Positions 34,713 through 47,519 of a stretch of DNA of 64,000 bases are shown one piece after another. The position numbers were made by a program, and so were the translations under genes. Position 1 is the first letter of the stretch, and each line of letters starts with the position of its first letter. The DNA comes from Podarcis liolepis (Eukaryota): the NCBI GenBank assembly GCA_965112155.1, contig OZ218099.1; one strand, 5' to 3'. Under the pieces are notes generated by a model. That model was not told the origin of the DNA and searched no databases. It saw only the letters and a list, made by a program, of their open reading frames with translations.

Positions 34713-35410
34713 AAAATATATTTTTATTAGTTTTTATATATATTTTGCAAACAAAACATAACATCTCCTCTCATCTTATACAACATTTTGGCTATAAGCC
34801 TAGGACTTCCATCAACCACATCTAATGATTTTCAACATTCATCACTTAGCCTTGCATTTCATTATTTTCACTATTACTTTTAATAGTCTATAACTTAAAA
34901 TCCATTCTCATAAATTCCCCCTGCAATATTTCATATACCGTATTTTTTGCTCTATAAGACTCACTTTTTCCCTCCTAAAAAGTAAGGGGAAATGTGTATG
35001 CGTCTTATGGAGCAAATGCAGGCTGCGCAAGTATCCCAGAAGCCAGAACTGCAAGAGGGATCGCTGCTTTCACTTCACAGCGATCCCTCTTGTTGTTCTG
35101 GCTTCTGAGTTTCAGAATATTTTTTTTCTTGTTTTCCTCCTCCAAAAACTAGGTGTGTCTTGTGGTCTGGAGCGTCTTATAGAGCAAAAAATACAGTATT
35201 TCTCCTTACAAAACTTCTTGTAATCCTACAAGCGTAGTCAATTGATTACAATTGTTTTTCAAATAGTTTGCATATTTACTCCAATCTTTCAAGAATTTCT
35301 GGTCCCGCCAGTTTCGAATTCTGTCATCTTATCCAGTTCTTCATGCTTCCATTTCTGTGCCAATAATACTCTTGCTGCCGTTTTCGCATATAAAAACAAT
35401 TTATCTTGTC
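34713..35410 (-). mobile_element. L1-clade LINE 3' fragment, split by a MITE
   Basis: Minus-strand translation near 35250-35400 resembles the L1 ORF2 C-terminus (LFLYAKTAARVLLAQKWK...DW..Y.NYLK). TTTATT tail at ~34722. Confidence 0.75.
34938..35196. mobile_element. Tc2/pogo-type MITE nested in the L1 fragment
   Basis: TA|CCGTATTTTTTGCTCTATAAGAC...GTCTTATAGAGCAAAAAATACAG|TA, a ~23-bp TIR with a TA TSD. Confidence 0.92.
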
Positions 35411-36759
35411 TAACAAAGGATGTATTCATATCAGAGATGTATCAGAACATCATATGCAGAAGGTGCCTGGATATATGCCATATTGATTATGAGATAGGAT
35501 TTATTACCTTTGTGGTGGTGGGGAGAACATAAAAGTAAGGTGTTGTCAGTCAGATGGATGAGTTTAATCCCACTGGTACCTGATTAGCACCGTGAACATG
35601 TGCTCCGAAAATGAAACACTTGCAAGCCGCAACAGGTGAGCCCTTGATTTTTATCTCTGTAATTTCTATCAGATTTTCATTAAAGGTGACAAAGGTGGTA
35701 TTTGGGTCAGATTGCTTTCCTAACACAGTTTAGGATGTTTACTTGTCTCCGTGAATCATTCTAGAAGAACAAAGCAAGCTTTACAGCTTAAATTCAAGGG
35801 TCTAAAAATGCAGTCCTATGCACATACAGTACAGGGCAAGCTTCACTGATCAAAATGAGACTTCATGCCTATGGCTGCCCTATAAAAGCTGTTAAAAAGA
35901 AACTTGGAAAGGTCTTTTATGCTTGAACTTTACGAAAACTTTGTCAGCCTGCTTTGGGTTTTATTTTCTTTGTACAGAAAAATTTGAAGAGTTACTTTGA
36001 CTATTAGTTTGTCCATAAATATATATAGTAGCTTCCAGAGGACCTATTTATTGAATATTCATCTTGATTTGTTTGCAGAAAGTTTGTGGAACGTTAGGTG
36101 GCATTGGCTATTTATTAAACATTCATTCTCATTTGGTCACAGTGAGGTTATGCAACAGTGCATCAAACAATTATTATTCCACACTTTCTTTGCACTTTCC
36201 TGTCATGTTCCTTATTTCAAAAAGTCCAATTTTGGAGAGAAGCAAGTTTGTTGAGCAAGAATGACAAATCATTTTTAACTGTGCAACTTGATTCTCCAGT
36301 ATGTGATTGAATCACACCCCAAAATAGTGACAGCCTAGAAATACCCTCTGTGTGAGAGAGGAAGCGGGGCGGGCTTTAGTCAATGGGCAATCTAAAAATG
36401 AAAAATGAATGAGTATTAGTTATCTAGAAACCAGTGCTGTGCTGAGATCAATCCTCTGATTTCTTCCTCTGCAAAGCAGGCTTCCATTTTTCTGTTCACT
36501 TTCAGGCCACTTAAGAATTTATTTAACATATTGGTGGGTGTGGGGTTTGAGCTTACCTTAACATTGAAAGCTACCCAAGGGTGCTATTTGTGTTTTTCTT
36601 TACATTAAACACTTATCCAGCACTCTGCAGCCTCCTCGGCTCCTTGTGCTCTCTAATCTGAAAAGGCCCTATGGGAAAATTTACCTCATAATGTCCTCTG
36701 GGCTTTAACTGAACCATGGGCACCCCAGAGGTCTGAATTGCACATACCACTGATTAGAT

Positions 36760-36895
36760 CAGGTACCCCCCCAAACTTGGCCCTCCAGATGTTTTGGACT
36801 ACAATTCCCATCACCCCGACCACTGGTCCTGTTAGCTAGGGATGATGGGAGTTGTAGCCCCAAAACAGCTAGAGGGCCGAGTTTGGGGGTGCCTG
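36760..36895. mobile_element. Short palindromic hAT MITE, TIR variant C
   Basis: CAGGTACCCCC..AAAC/GTTTGGGGGTGCCTG with perfect TSD GATTAGAT. Confidence 0.92.
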
Positions 36896-37898
36896 GATTA
36901 GATGATTTGTTGCTGTTTCACTGAGGAGATCATTTGCAAAATGAAAGGTAGAGTATTTATGCTTGTGCTACAAGAATTATTGCACAAAGGCAAGGAAAGT
37001 GGTGCATCAAATGTATTGGACAGAGTGTCAAAGTTTTCTTGTTTTCCCAAATGACTAAGAAAGTGCCTAAACCTTAGTATACATAATCAGCTTAGAATGT
37101 GCTAAATAAATAATACAGAGCTTTAATGAAATGACACTTCTGTAGCAGCTGCACTTTCAACACAATATAATTACTTCAAGAGCATAAGAGAATCTACTAC
37201 TAATTTTCTCCATCTGTTTCAACCTACTTTTCCATACTGGTTTTGTCATTAAAACCCATATTTCCCACTATTTACTTGGTGAAACTAACAAACTTTTATA
37301 AGCAGACCAGAAAATTAGCCAATGAAAACAAGGCAATTTCTGAACACACATTTTTTGTTAAAATTTAACCACAACAAACAAAAAAATAAGGAAATGCAGG
37401 GGCAGGTTTCATTAACTGCAAAGTGTCTCTCCAATTCCCAAACAATGCATGGAAATAGTTATTTACTCTTATTGATTTAAAATCTTGAAAAATAGGGTTT
37501 TTGGCGGGGGGGGGGGTTTAATAATAAATTGCACCTGTTGTAGCTACAATATTAGTGCCAGAGATGAATGTTTTATCAGGTCAGCATAGAAAATAAAATT
37601 TATCAGAAGATCTAACGTGGTGTGGGAACTAAGGTAGGACAGGGCCATGATGCATCTGGTGCCAATTCCTGAAAATAGTCCATATTCTTTTTAAAAATAA
37701 AAAAATATTTGCTTTACTGTTCCATACTTTATATATCCTACACTGGGCTTGGTAAACTTGCTATCTGAGATCAAATTTTGTATATATGTAGATATATAAT
37801 ACCGGGATACAGTATTTTGAGAAGAAACACCATTATGTAAAAGCTCATTTTACTTGCACTGAATTATATGACAGTGCACTGTTCTGGATTTGTCTTTA

Positions 37899-38129
37899 CA
37901 GTGGTACCTCGGGTTAAGTACTTAATTCATTCCGTAGGTCTGTTCTTAACCTGAAACTGTTCTTAACCTGAAGCACCACTTTAGCTATTGGGGCCTCCTG
38001 CTGCTGCCGGAGCACAATTTCTGTTATCTTGAAGCAAAGTTCTTAACCCGAGTTACTATTTCTGGGTTAGCGGAGTCTGTAACTTGAAGCATATGTAACC
38101 TGAAGTGTATGTAACCCGAGGTACCACTG
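37899..38129. mobile_element. Tc1/mariner-superfamily (Tigger-like) MITE
   Basis: TA|CAGTGGTACCTCGGGTTA...TAACCCGAGGTACCACTG|TA. Related to 16107 and 19784, in inverse orientation. Confidence 0.93.
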
Positions 38130-38264
38130 TATTACATCATTGCTTTCATTTGGAAATGCGAGGATATCTAGGTAAGGTTTCACAGCATGACCAAACATTA
38201 CTCAGACTACCACACTGTATGCCACTTACAAGGCTAGAAAGGGAATGTCTTGCTCAAGACATTC

Positions 38265-38680
38265 GGAGATGAATCTGCGTACAGGGGGGAGGTTCAAAAG
38301 GTATCCACATGGTGCTCAGAGAATAATCTGCACCTAAACATTGGCAAGAAAAAGGAGGTGGTGTTGTACTTTTGGAGGAAGAGAGGAGAGCTAGCCCCGT
38401 TGTATATTGGGGGGGGGGCTGTGTGGAGAGAGTCTTTTCCTTTAAATTCCTGGGAGTCCATCTTAGTGAAGACCTTACTTGGAAGGTCAATACAGCCCAG
38501 GTGGTTAGGAAGGCCCAACAGAGACTTCATTTCCTTAGGGTCTTGCGAAAGAACAATGTTAGACAGCAACTGATGATTTCCTTCTATCGGTCCACGATAG
38601 AAAGTGTTCTCTCATACTGTATTACAGTGTGGTATGCTGGTTTGACAGCCATGGACAGAAAGTCCCTACAGAGGGTGGTG
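38265..38680 (+). mobile_element. Rex1/Babar-clade non-LTR retrotransposon, RT C-terminal fragment (frameshifted)
   Basis: DESAYRGEVQ..WCSENNLHLN, then after a shift in poly-G (~38410) VERV.SFKFLGVHLSEDLTW..NT..V.KAQQRLHFLR.L...FYRSTIESVL.YCITVWY. Confidence 0.88.
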
Positions 38681-38699
38681 ATTATTTGTGTCTGTCTTT

Positions 38700-38870
38700 C
38701 TGTGCCTGGACTGACATTTATAGGAATGAAGCGTGGGAGAACTGAGGCAAATACTAGTGACAAATGATGAAGCTCTAGGCCTTGTTGACAAATTTAAAAT
38801 TAACAAATCACTGGATCCAGATGGAATCTACCAAAGAATTCTCAAAGAACTCAAATGTGAAATTGCCACT
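38700..38870 (+). mobile_element. CR1 ORF2 fragment
   Basis: KINKSLDPDGIYQRILKELKCEIA resembles the CR1 motif KSPGPDGIHPRVLKEL. Confidence 0.75.
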
Positions 38871-38927
38871 GTGGTCCAATTCAGCAGGGTTCTTCTAAAG
38901 CATTCTGCAGTTTTGTGTTATCTGATG

Positions 38928-39235
38928 CAGGGCTGGATTTAGGTTTGATGAGGCCCTAAGCTACTGAAGGAAATGGGGCCCTTTATATGTCCAGCTGTCC
39001 TTTGTCAACAACAAATGGTCGCTGTTTTTTGTGTTGAATATATGCTATATGGTAATTTATGGACCTAATAGGTATCTAAAGCCATTTGCACAAGACAAAA
39101 TATGTATTTTATCAAAGTAATTGTTCAACTGAAATACAATTTAGAAGAAGTATATTAATAGTGAAATTTGGAGGGGAGCAAGAGAGTGGGGCCCTAAGCG
39201 ATAGCATGTTTCGCTTATACGTAAATCTGGCACTG
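38928..39235. mobile_element. hAT MITE (Tip100/Ac-like)
   Basis: CAGGGCTGGATTTA...TAAATCTGGCACTG, perfect TSD ATCTGATG, subterminal GGCCCTAAGC motifs. Confidence 0.92.
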
Positions 39236-39403
39236 ATCTGATGCTATCCGTTAGCAACCTATGCCAGTCAAGTTATGCTGGCTGCTAAACATGCAGCACT
39301 GGAACCAAGTGAGAAAAAGATTATGTTTACACTTGAGCATACAATTTGGGATTTTAGTATTTAGTAACACATTTAATATATAATTCTAACCACATTGGTC
39401 TGC

Positions 39404-39405
39404 GA

Positions 39406-39449
<44 letters not shown>
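39404..39449. repeat. (GAAA)n microsatellite
   Basis: About 11 perfect units. Confidence 0.97.
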
Positions 39450-39450
<1 letters not shown>

Positions 39451-39689
39451 TCAGAACTTATTTTGGTACCTTAAAGCCTAACAAACGGTTTTATGTGGCC
39501 TCACCTGCCCATTGAATCTGAATCTAAGAAACCCACTACCTGTGTTAATTAGCGTACAAAAGCTGGGATATCTGTGCTATCTATATTTAAGCTCTGTTTA
39601 TCATTGACTGTAATTTTTACATCTCATTGCCATTCAACTCCCACCTTATAATTTTATTCTTAGTATACCAGCAAACTAAGATTTAACTT

Positions 39690-39732
39690 TGTGCATCTGA
39701 TGAAGTAGTTGTCAGTTTTTAAGGTGCCACAC
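39690..39732 (+). mobile_element. Internally deleted PLE-derived remnant
   Basis: GCATCTGATGAAGT fused to GTCAGTTTTTAAGGTGCCAC, the two ends of the motif seen at 21841-21939. Confidence 0.45.
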
Positions 39733-41104
39733 AATAGTGTTTGATAGCCCCCTCCTACAGAATATAATCTTTACAAAAAGTGTGCTCATTATGACCAAAT
39801 AATGAAATAAATTATAAACAAGGAACCTCACCCCCAATAAAGCTAATGTAAGTTTTGAAGTAAGGTAATATAAGCTGCATGTCAGATCAGCCAATTTTTT
39901 AAGAGGAAGGGAAAGAGAGCCAGTTTTGCTGTTGAGAACTCACAAGAAAACTCACGTGAAACTTCCCCTTTCTGCTTTCCCCATATTTTTTAAGTCCAAC
40001 AATTAAAATGTGTCTCATTCATCAAGTAGCTGAAGAAGTTTTTGGCAGCATCCTCACTGTCTTAACACTATCGTTTGAATTACATCTACGTTTACAACAT
40101 ATGAGCTCAAAAACCCCTTAGATTTAGTTTTCCCATGTTACAAGAGAGCTATAACTTGTGTTCTCCTGCAGCAGAACATATCAGGTTTCAGCCAGGGAGA
40201 GTTTTGCTTCAATGAATTGTGGAAAGTAATTTTATTTCAAAATGTCCCATTCTTACTGGGGTTTAAGCTGAAGACATCACGTAGCAACCTAAGTCACATT
40301 TTCTATAATTTTTTAAAATCACTAAATGACATTTTTATGCCAAATATGTTTCTACTGAAACAAAATTGATTGTACTCAGTTGGAGGCTTTTCTGACCACC
40401 CTGGCCAGTGGGCCATGTGGAATCCAACTCCCAAGTATGCCAACATGCCTAGGGTATGCCAGAGCTTTGCTGCCTATGCTTAGGGCTATTAGCACAAATG
40501 AGCACTCTTGTGGATTGCGCCTTTGATCTTTTCACATTTTCACATTCCACTGGAAGTACACAGCTAGCAAATTCTGGCTTTGGAATTTATACTGAACAAT
40601 CCCCAGTCCCTCTTGCTTTTTATCTCCACCCTGGAACAAATCTACCAGCACAAGCCAGAGTTTAAAAACACTTCAGAGTGCCCTATTTACTTTGGCAACT
40701 AGATCACATTCATCAAGTTTTGGAACTTGCTAAAACAAAACAAAAAAAAAGCTACATGCATGGCTGAAATTTCTTTTCTTCACTGCAATCAATTAGGACA
40801 TCAATACACCTGAATAACTGGCAAATGAAAACAACTAACAGATAACTTAAGGAGTCCACACCAGGTACAGTCTTTCTAGGTTAACCTTTCCAGACAAAGT
40901 TTATATTGTTCAATCAATGTTCAGTTGTCACCTAGCTGCTGCAAAAACACATTCTGCTCAGGAGGGGCAGGCCATGCTGCACTGTTGCTGTTTACCAGAA
41001 TGGTGGTAAAGCTGGGGCCAACCCAGTGCTGATGCTGATGGTATGTCCATGTCCCATCACCTCTGGAAATGTGGACTCACTTGGTCCTGCAAAGTTCCCC
41101 AGGG

Positions 41105-41593
41105 CAGTGGTTTTCAACTAGTGTGCCGTGGCACCCTGGGGTGCCTTGAATGATGGTCAGGGGTGCTGCAGGCAACACTGGCCTCTTTCTCTCTGTCCTC
41201 CCCCTAGTCCTTGGATGCCCTGTTGTGTCTCTGCCTCCCAAAGCCTTGCACAGCTGTATGTTGTAGCAGCCCTTGCTACAAGCTCCCCAGGCAAATGGTG
41301 CCTCTGGGGCTGGGCAGGAGAAGCTTCCCAGGCCCCTGTGTGGTAGTGTGAGGAGGCATCTCTCTTTGGGATGGGGTGGGCGGCAGCTCAGAGACCAGGG
41401 GCAGCAGCAGTAGCTGCCCAGAGGACTCCGAAGGAGAGAAGGCTGAGGGAACACTCCACAAGGGAGGGTGAGAGGCTGCCAGTTCTGCAGGCGAGGAGTG
41501 ACATAAGTGGGCTCCTGAGCCCCACAGGAGTGCTGCAAAAAGAATGTAGTTGGTCAAAGGAGCTGTGGACCAAAAAAAGGTTGAAAACTTTTG
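41105..41593. mobile_element. hAT (Charlie/Buster-like) non-autonomous element
   Basis: CAGTGGTTTTCAAC...GTTGAAAACTTTTG with TSD CCCCAGGG/CCCTAGGG (7/8). Confidence 0.88.
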
Positions 41594-42147
41594 CCCTAGG
41601 GGCTCAAACAACACAGCCTCATGAATCTTCACACTCCTCACAACCATGTGAAAAGTGTTAGGTGTCCAAGATCAGGACAAAGAAAAAACAGGAAAACTGG
41701 TCATGTTCAGTGGTAAATGGTAATAAAACTGAAACAGCAGAGATAGTTTCAGCACTATTTTTCATACTTTTAAAAGAGGTTGCATACTTCCCAATATCAC
41801 TATTCAAATGCGTAAATACACATCAATTACTTTAAAATATGCAAAGAAATGTCAAACCACTGTCAAGTCAGCTTGCTCGCTTCCAAAGCATTGCATCACC
41901 ATTTGGTGAACCTGTTTCCAGTTTTGTAAATGTATTTTTTTCCTGAAGGCTATAAAGGCCTCTGCAACACGGGTTGCAAATCCATCTAAGCAAGAAACAA
42001 AACACAACAAGGCCAAAACAATGATAGGTGGTGGTGAAATGCCATGCCACTGATGACCACTCACAGCTAGCATAGAACCTAAGTAACATCGTTTGAAAAT
42101 GTTTAGATTTTTAAACACATCACAGTAAAATGTGCTGACAGGTTATG

Positions 42148-42161
42148 GTGCCCTCTGCTGG
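42148..42161 (-). promoter_or_regulatory. Candidate CTCF site
   Basis: CCAGCAGAGGGCAC on minus matches the CTCF core consensus. Motif match only. Confidence 0.45.
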
Positions 42162-42773
42162 TGCTCACAAGGCATTCTGACAGTCTTGTGCTTGGCACAC
42201 TAAATTCAGCACTTACTGCATTAAATGAGTATTTCGTTTTAGCCACCTTCTGTAGGGTTGTTCACATTCATAGGCTGCAGGAAAACGGAACAAATGTAGA
42301 CAACTGTAATTCATGTAGCCGTTGGAATATAGGTTTCACAAGCAAGAGGAGAAAATGGCAAAATGAAAATTCACAATAAAATACCAGAAAGGAATGGATA
42401 GGGTTCGGAATAAAACAGTGCAAAGTGGAATGCTTAGTTTCAAAGTGGCATGAAGCTGGGAAGTCACATCAGAGAAATCTTTTAGTTGATATGCTGCAAT
42501 ATATAGACTCAGTTTACACACACCTGAGACAAGATTGACTAAAGCCAAACCAGCTACGAACAGAAACCAAAGAGCTACTCCAGGCAATGTCACATCTGTG
42601 ATACGACTGCTATGGTTTCAGGCAGTATTGAGCCCTACAGGCTTCTAAGGAAGAGCTACTCTGGTTCCAAAAAACCCACTTAGGATTAGGTTCATAGTAG
42701 TTGAGGACTCCACTTGCACAAGGGGCTTCTGTACCCAGCCTCCCAACTACAGCTCCTCACCCCCCACTCTGAG

Positions 42774-42920
42774 CAGTGGCATAGCGTGGGGGGTGCAGGG
42801 GGGGCCGGCCGCACCGGGCGCAACATCTGGGGGTTAGGGGTAGGGGGCGCAAATCCACGGGTTAGGGGGCGCAAATTACTTGCCTTGCCCCGGGTGCTGA
42901 CAACCCATGCTACGCCACTG
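42774..42920. mobile_element. Young hAT MITE with G-rich/TTAGGG interior (second copy)
   Basis: Same sequence as 34206-34360 apart from a few changes. Perfect TSD ACTCTGAG. Confidence 0.95.
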
Positions 42921-45529
42921 ACTCTGAGAGATTGGGGTACCCGAAGGAAAAGCTCCTTACGTAGCCCAAGAGATGCAGCTAGAAGTCAGTTCCCCCTATA
43001 TGCTTGCAAAAGGGTGTTCCATTCATGGAGTGGGGTGCTTAAGTCTTTTGAATGTACATACAAATATCAAGGTATCTCAAAGGTGCAAGTGGACATGAAG
43101 GGATATAAATGAATATATGTCATTACATCTTGGACATTGCTATGGCAGGTCTGTTACACAGTCCTACATAAAGAACAGCTTAGGGTGTGCTGTATATGTT
43201 GCACCAAAGCACAGGCCCATTGCTTTAGCATGTCCTAACAATCTTTCTAGCGTACAACATCATTTCTTACCTTAAGTGTGATCTTCCATAAGCTTATCTC
43301 CTAATGTTATGGAAAATATTGAACTGGTTTTGCATTGTTCAGCACATCTGCTACAAAGTGTCCCTCATGGCCATTCTTTTCTGAGTCAAATTCACATATA
43401 TATCCAGATCTCCTTCTGTAATATTTCTTTCAGTGCAGCTATTCTAACGTATTGTCTTTGGTATCTATGGAGACTGGCAGAAACTAAGGTCCAGGCATCC
43501 AAGTGTACTGTCATTCAAGTGTAAAACAATATTTTCTACCACCCACACTGCTAAATTAAGGACCCAGTACAAATTAAAGTTAATAAATCTTTGGAAAAAC
43601 AAACCTGACCTTGTGAAATATTAACTAATGTTTTCATAATTATTGCAATTATGGCAGTTTCTAATAAGTTGGTGATGACGGCATAGAGCGCAGGATATAA
43701 TAGAAATACAATCCTATTATTTAGTGATACATATACTGCATTGTCTGCTTCCCCAAAATCTGATGAACAATTGTGGTAGTAGAATTCTATCCACCTATGG
43801 CTTGGATTTGACTACAAGTGACTATGTCAAAGAAACTTTAGCAGGATAGCTTCCAAATTAAACAGAGCTGTGTCACATTCAGGCAACCAGAATCGCCCAT
43901 TTTCTAGAGTCAATTTTCATATTCCTCTCTTAGGAGGGCAAGATTAATGGTCTCTTAGGATAACACAACAAGCCGCCATGCACTCTTAGGATTGACAGTT
44001 CCTTCTGATATCTGCGGCTTTTCTCTGAACATAATGCTGCAGGAGAACAGGTACTGTCAAAGCAAAATATTGCTGTTTGCAATGCTGTTGCCACTAAAGG
44101 TGCATGGTGGATGTGCAGCAGGAGCACCAGGGACCTCTCCTGACAAGCAGCATCCATTTCCTGGGACTGCAAAACAATGTTAAGGATAAGCTGGTGAATG
44201 ATGGAAGCCAGCAACTGCTGACTATATTATCTGCCACAGCTGGAGGCTAAAAAAATACACAGAGAAGGCCTTGAATATATGAGGTACCTTGCTGAGTAAG
44301 TGATAAGTGCTATTCCTGTGATGGGATGGGGTGGACATGTACATTATTTTTACAGTTTGCTCATTTGTATTTTATCAATATGCTATGAATACATTGATAA
44401 CAAATAACATAAAGCCACTGCTTCAAATACTAACTTAGCTGCCCTTTTAGTTTTCTATTGTCAGTGTCCCTTCTAAGTGTCACATCCTTCCCAAGTGTCT
44501 TTGAATGTTCAGTATAGCGTATTGTTCTGTACTTATATGGCTTAATCATTATTTCATATTTTGTTTTTCCATAAATCAGAAATAGAGTCTAGGCAATAAG
44601 AATTTCCAAAAGTTCATTTGGCCATTCCCATGACATGGCTTAACTGGTGAGTAATATTCTCCAGATTGGTCATATCCCATATTGTTGGACCATAAGGTGA
44701 TCCTTCGAAACTTGAGCCAAGTCCAGCATGACTACATGCAAAACCTGAATTGTAAGGTCATAATTGAGGATAATCTTAACTATATTCAATACTGAGGAGC
44801 ACCAAAAGTAGATTTATTTATTTCATTAAAAATATACATCGTTTGATGGTGAAAAAAACTTCAAAATTGTTTACAAAAAGATAAAATAATAAAATAATGT
44901 TGTAAAAACATACAAAAGTTAAAATACTAAAATGTATTAAAATTACCTCAACTATTTAAGCATTTGAGTAGCAAATGCTCGTTTTATATAAAGTAGACTT
45001 GATAATTTGGGATAAGTGGTTTGTGATACTTTTTATTGCCAAGTATTTTGGATTTTTTCATTGTCTTGTAATAAGGTAGGTGTAAGATATATATAGTTTG
45101 TTAATATAATTATGTTTCCATGAAAACTGTTCAGTTTTGATGTAGATAACATAATACCACAGCAGATAATAGTACTATATTTTCATTATTTTACAAAAAA
45201 CCTTTAGCTGAAATCTCACCTTGGTTGAAATGATTATCACCTGTTACCAGACACTGTCATCTGCTGTTCTACAGAGGTACCCATAGAGGCACTGGATAGT
45301 CCTGTTTAGCTGACCAGTGGCCAGCGAGCTCACAGGTTCAATTCACATTGGCTGCAACAGGATAGGAATGTTGTCCTCCCAGATAGATCCTGGATCATGT
45401 ATATCTATGAAGTTGGCCCTGTCTAGCAGCCTATAGCCTATAGACCATGTCACAAGATCTTGAGGCTGTAGATCGGCCACATGTATCCACTGCTACCACG
45501 AAGGCCTTAAGATTGAGATGGAAAAGCAG

Positions 45530-45625
45530 TGGCCCTGCAGATGTTGGACTCCAACTCTCCTCCACTGCAGTTAGCATGGTCAGAGAATGATGGGAATTGT
45601 CCAGGAACATTTGGAGGACCATAGC
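45530..45625. mobile_element. Degraded palindromic hAT MITE core
   Basis: GGCCCTGCAGATGTTGGACTCCAACTC...ATGATGGGAATTGTCC..AACATTTGGAGGACC, related to the 28948 family core. Confidence 0.55.
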
Positions 45626-47519
45626 TAGTAGGGCAGAAGTAAAAGGCCTGCCAACTATGCTGTAACAGTTATATGGAAGACAGGACCAGGCACATAGGTT
45701 TAATTCATATGCATACACCAAGGATCAAATGTGGTGACAGTGATAACAATACAACAAAACAACACCACCACAAACTGGCTTATATAGACTGGATAAATGA
45801 ACCGTTTAACAAGTAGCATAAGTCCAATCACGGAACGGCAACCCCGTGCTGCCACAGCGGCAAGGGTAGCACACCGGAGAATGTGAAAAAGTTTTTCAAA
45901 GCTGTTTTTCAAAGCTTGAACTGGATGAGATGTTGTCCAATGGGTCTTGAGTTGGAAACACAAAGCCGTGTACATGGCTCAATCATGGGAAGGCAAATCA
46001 AAGTATAACGTTTACTGTACATGTAACTTGTTAAGATAGAGTTGTACATTTATCCACTCCATGATAACAGTATCTCCAGGCTTTTCTTTTGCACATGGCA
46101 CCTTAGAATGTTGGTTGTTTGAATGGTTACAAGCCTGTCTCTATTCTAGCTATCATTCTAGTAAATTTGGTTTTATACTTGTGGTGTTGTTGTTTTGTTG
46201 TATTAATTCATATGTAACCATTCAAGCTATAGCGATGTTTTCTGATATTCTGTCATATACTAATGCACTAACAGACCCACCCCATTCTTCTCTTCCTGAT
46301 TGCCATCTTATTTACTGTACAGCTCAAAATCAGCTGCATGAGAAACAGTGGATTGTCCTAGGTGTGTAACAGCATAGAATCATTTCCCTTTGAAGTAGCA
46401 GTGCATGATTACACAGTAAGAGCTAGGCCCACTATGCTTTGAGTTGAAGCTCATGTGCTTCTGTAAATCAAGCTTAAATCTTAAATCTTGTAATCCATGC
46501 AGAACTCTGCAAGCAAATGGAGGCAAAGAATGCAGGATGGCCTGACTGCACGTTTGAGGCATTTTTAGTACCTGCTTTACTGAAGAGCCAGAAACTTATT
46601 TCATAAAAGAAAATCTGAAGATGGAGCCTTACACTCATGGTTCTCTGTTTTATTTTGTATTAAAATAAGAACACTTTTTAAAAAATGATCGTGTTTTTAC
46701 CACACTATGTTTACATGACAAAATCCTGTTCTGAATTTCTCAGGGTAGATACAAGCAAGCAATCTAATATCAGGTCCTAAACAAGATAAGGAGAAATTTA
46801 TCTTTATTAAATTATATAGAAGAGGGTCAAAGATTTAAATCCTCTGCCTCTCATTATTAGACTTCAGATGACAGATTCATTCCAGAGCACAGAAGGAAAT
46901 ATATTATCCCAAAACAGGATATGAAGTTTGTTCCCAGTAGACTATTTTCTGTTAAGTAAATTTACCATCTAATCTTTTAACTGTCTCCCCTGCAGTCCTG
47001 TCCAAGACTTTTCTATGATCTTTAAATCCACTCTGTACATAGCACTGCCTTCTGGGCCAAACATTACTAGAGCACTGATGGAGGACGAACCTAACTGGAA
47101 ATCAAGAAGAGGGGGCAGAAGTGGGAGTTGAAGGGCCACAGCTGTAATCTAGCCACTAATGAAGACAATATGCATAGAATTTCCTAAGGGAAATGGACAG
47201 ACAGAAAGAGTAAGGATGTAGTCAGCCTCGTGTAATGACAGAAGTATTACCAGCCATTATTTTAAAAACAGCTGTGTTGGATTAGATCAACAAACAACAT
47301 TAATTGAGCAACATTAAAGGAGCCATTAAATTGGCAAAATATGCTTAGTGACATTTTTCATAGGAAGTGTAATTTCAGATAAGAATGAACTATCACATGG
47401 CGGTAGCCAACATCAGAGGACAGTCAACATTAGCTCCAAGGTGACACTCCACCCATGGGACCCACTACCATTGCTTTGACTTCAATGATGACCAGTTTAA
47501 GGGTATCAAACTGACATGA

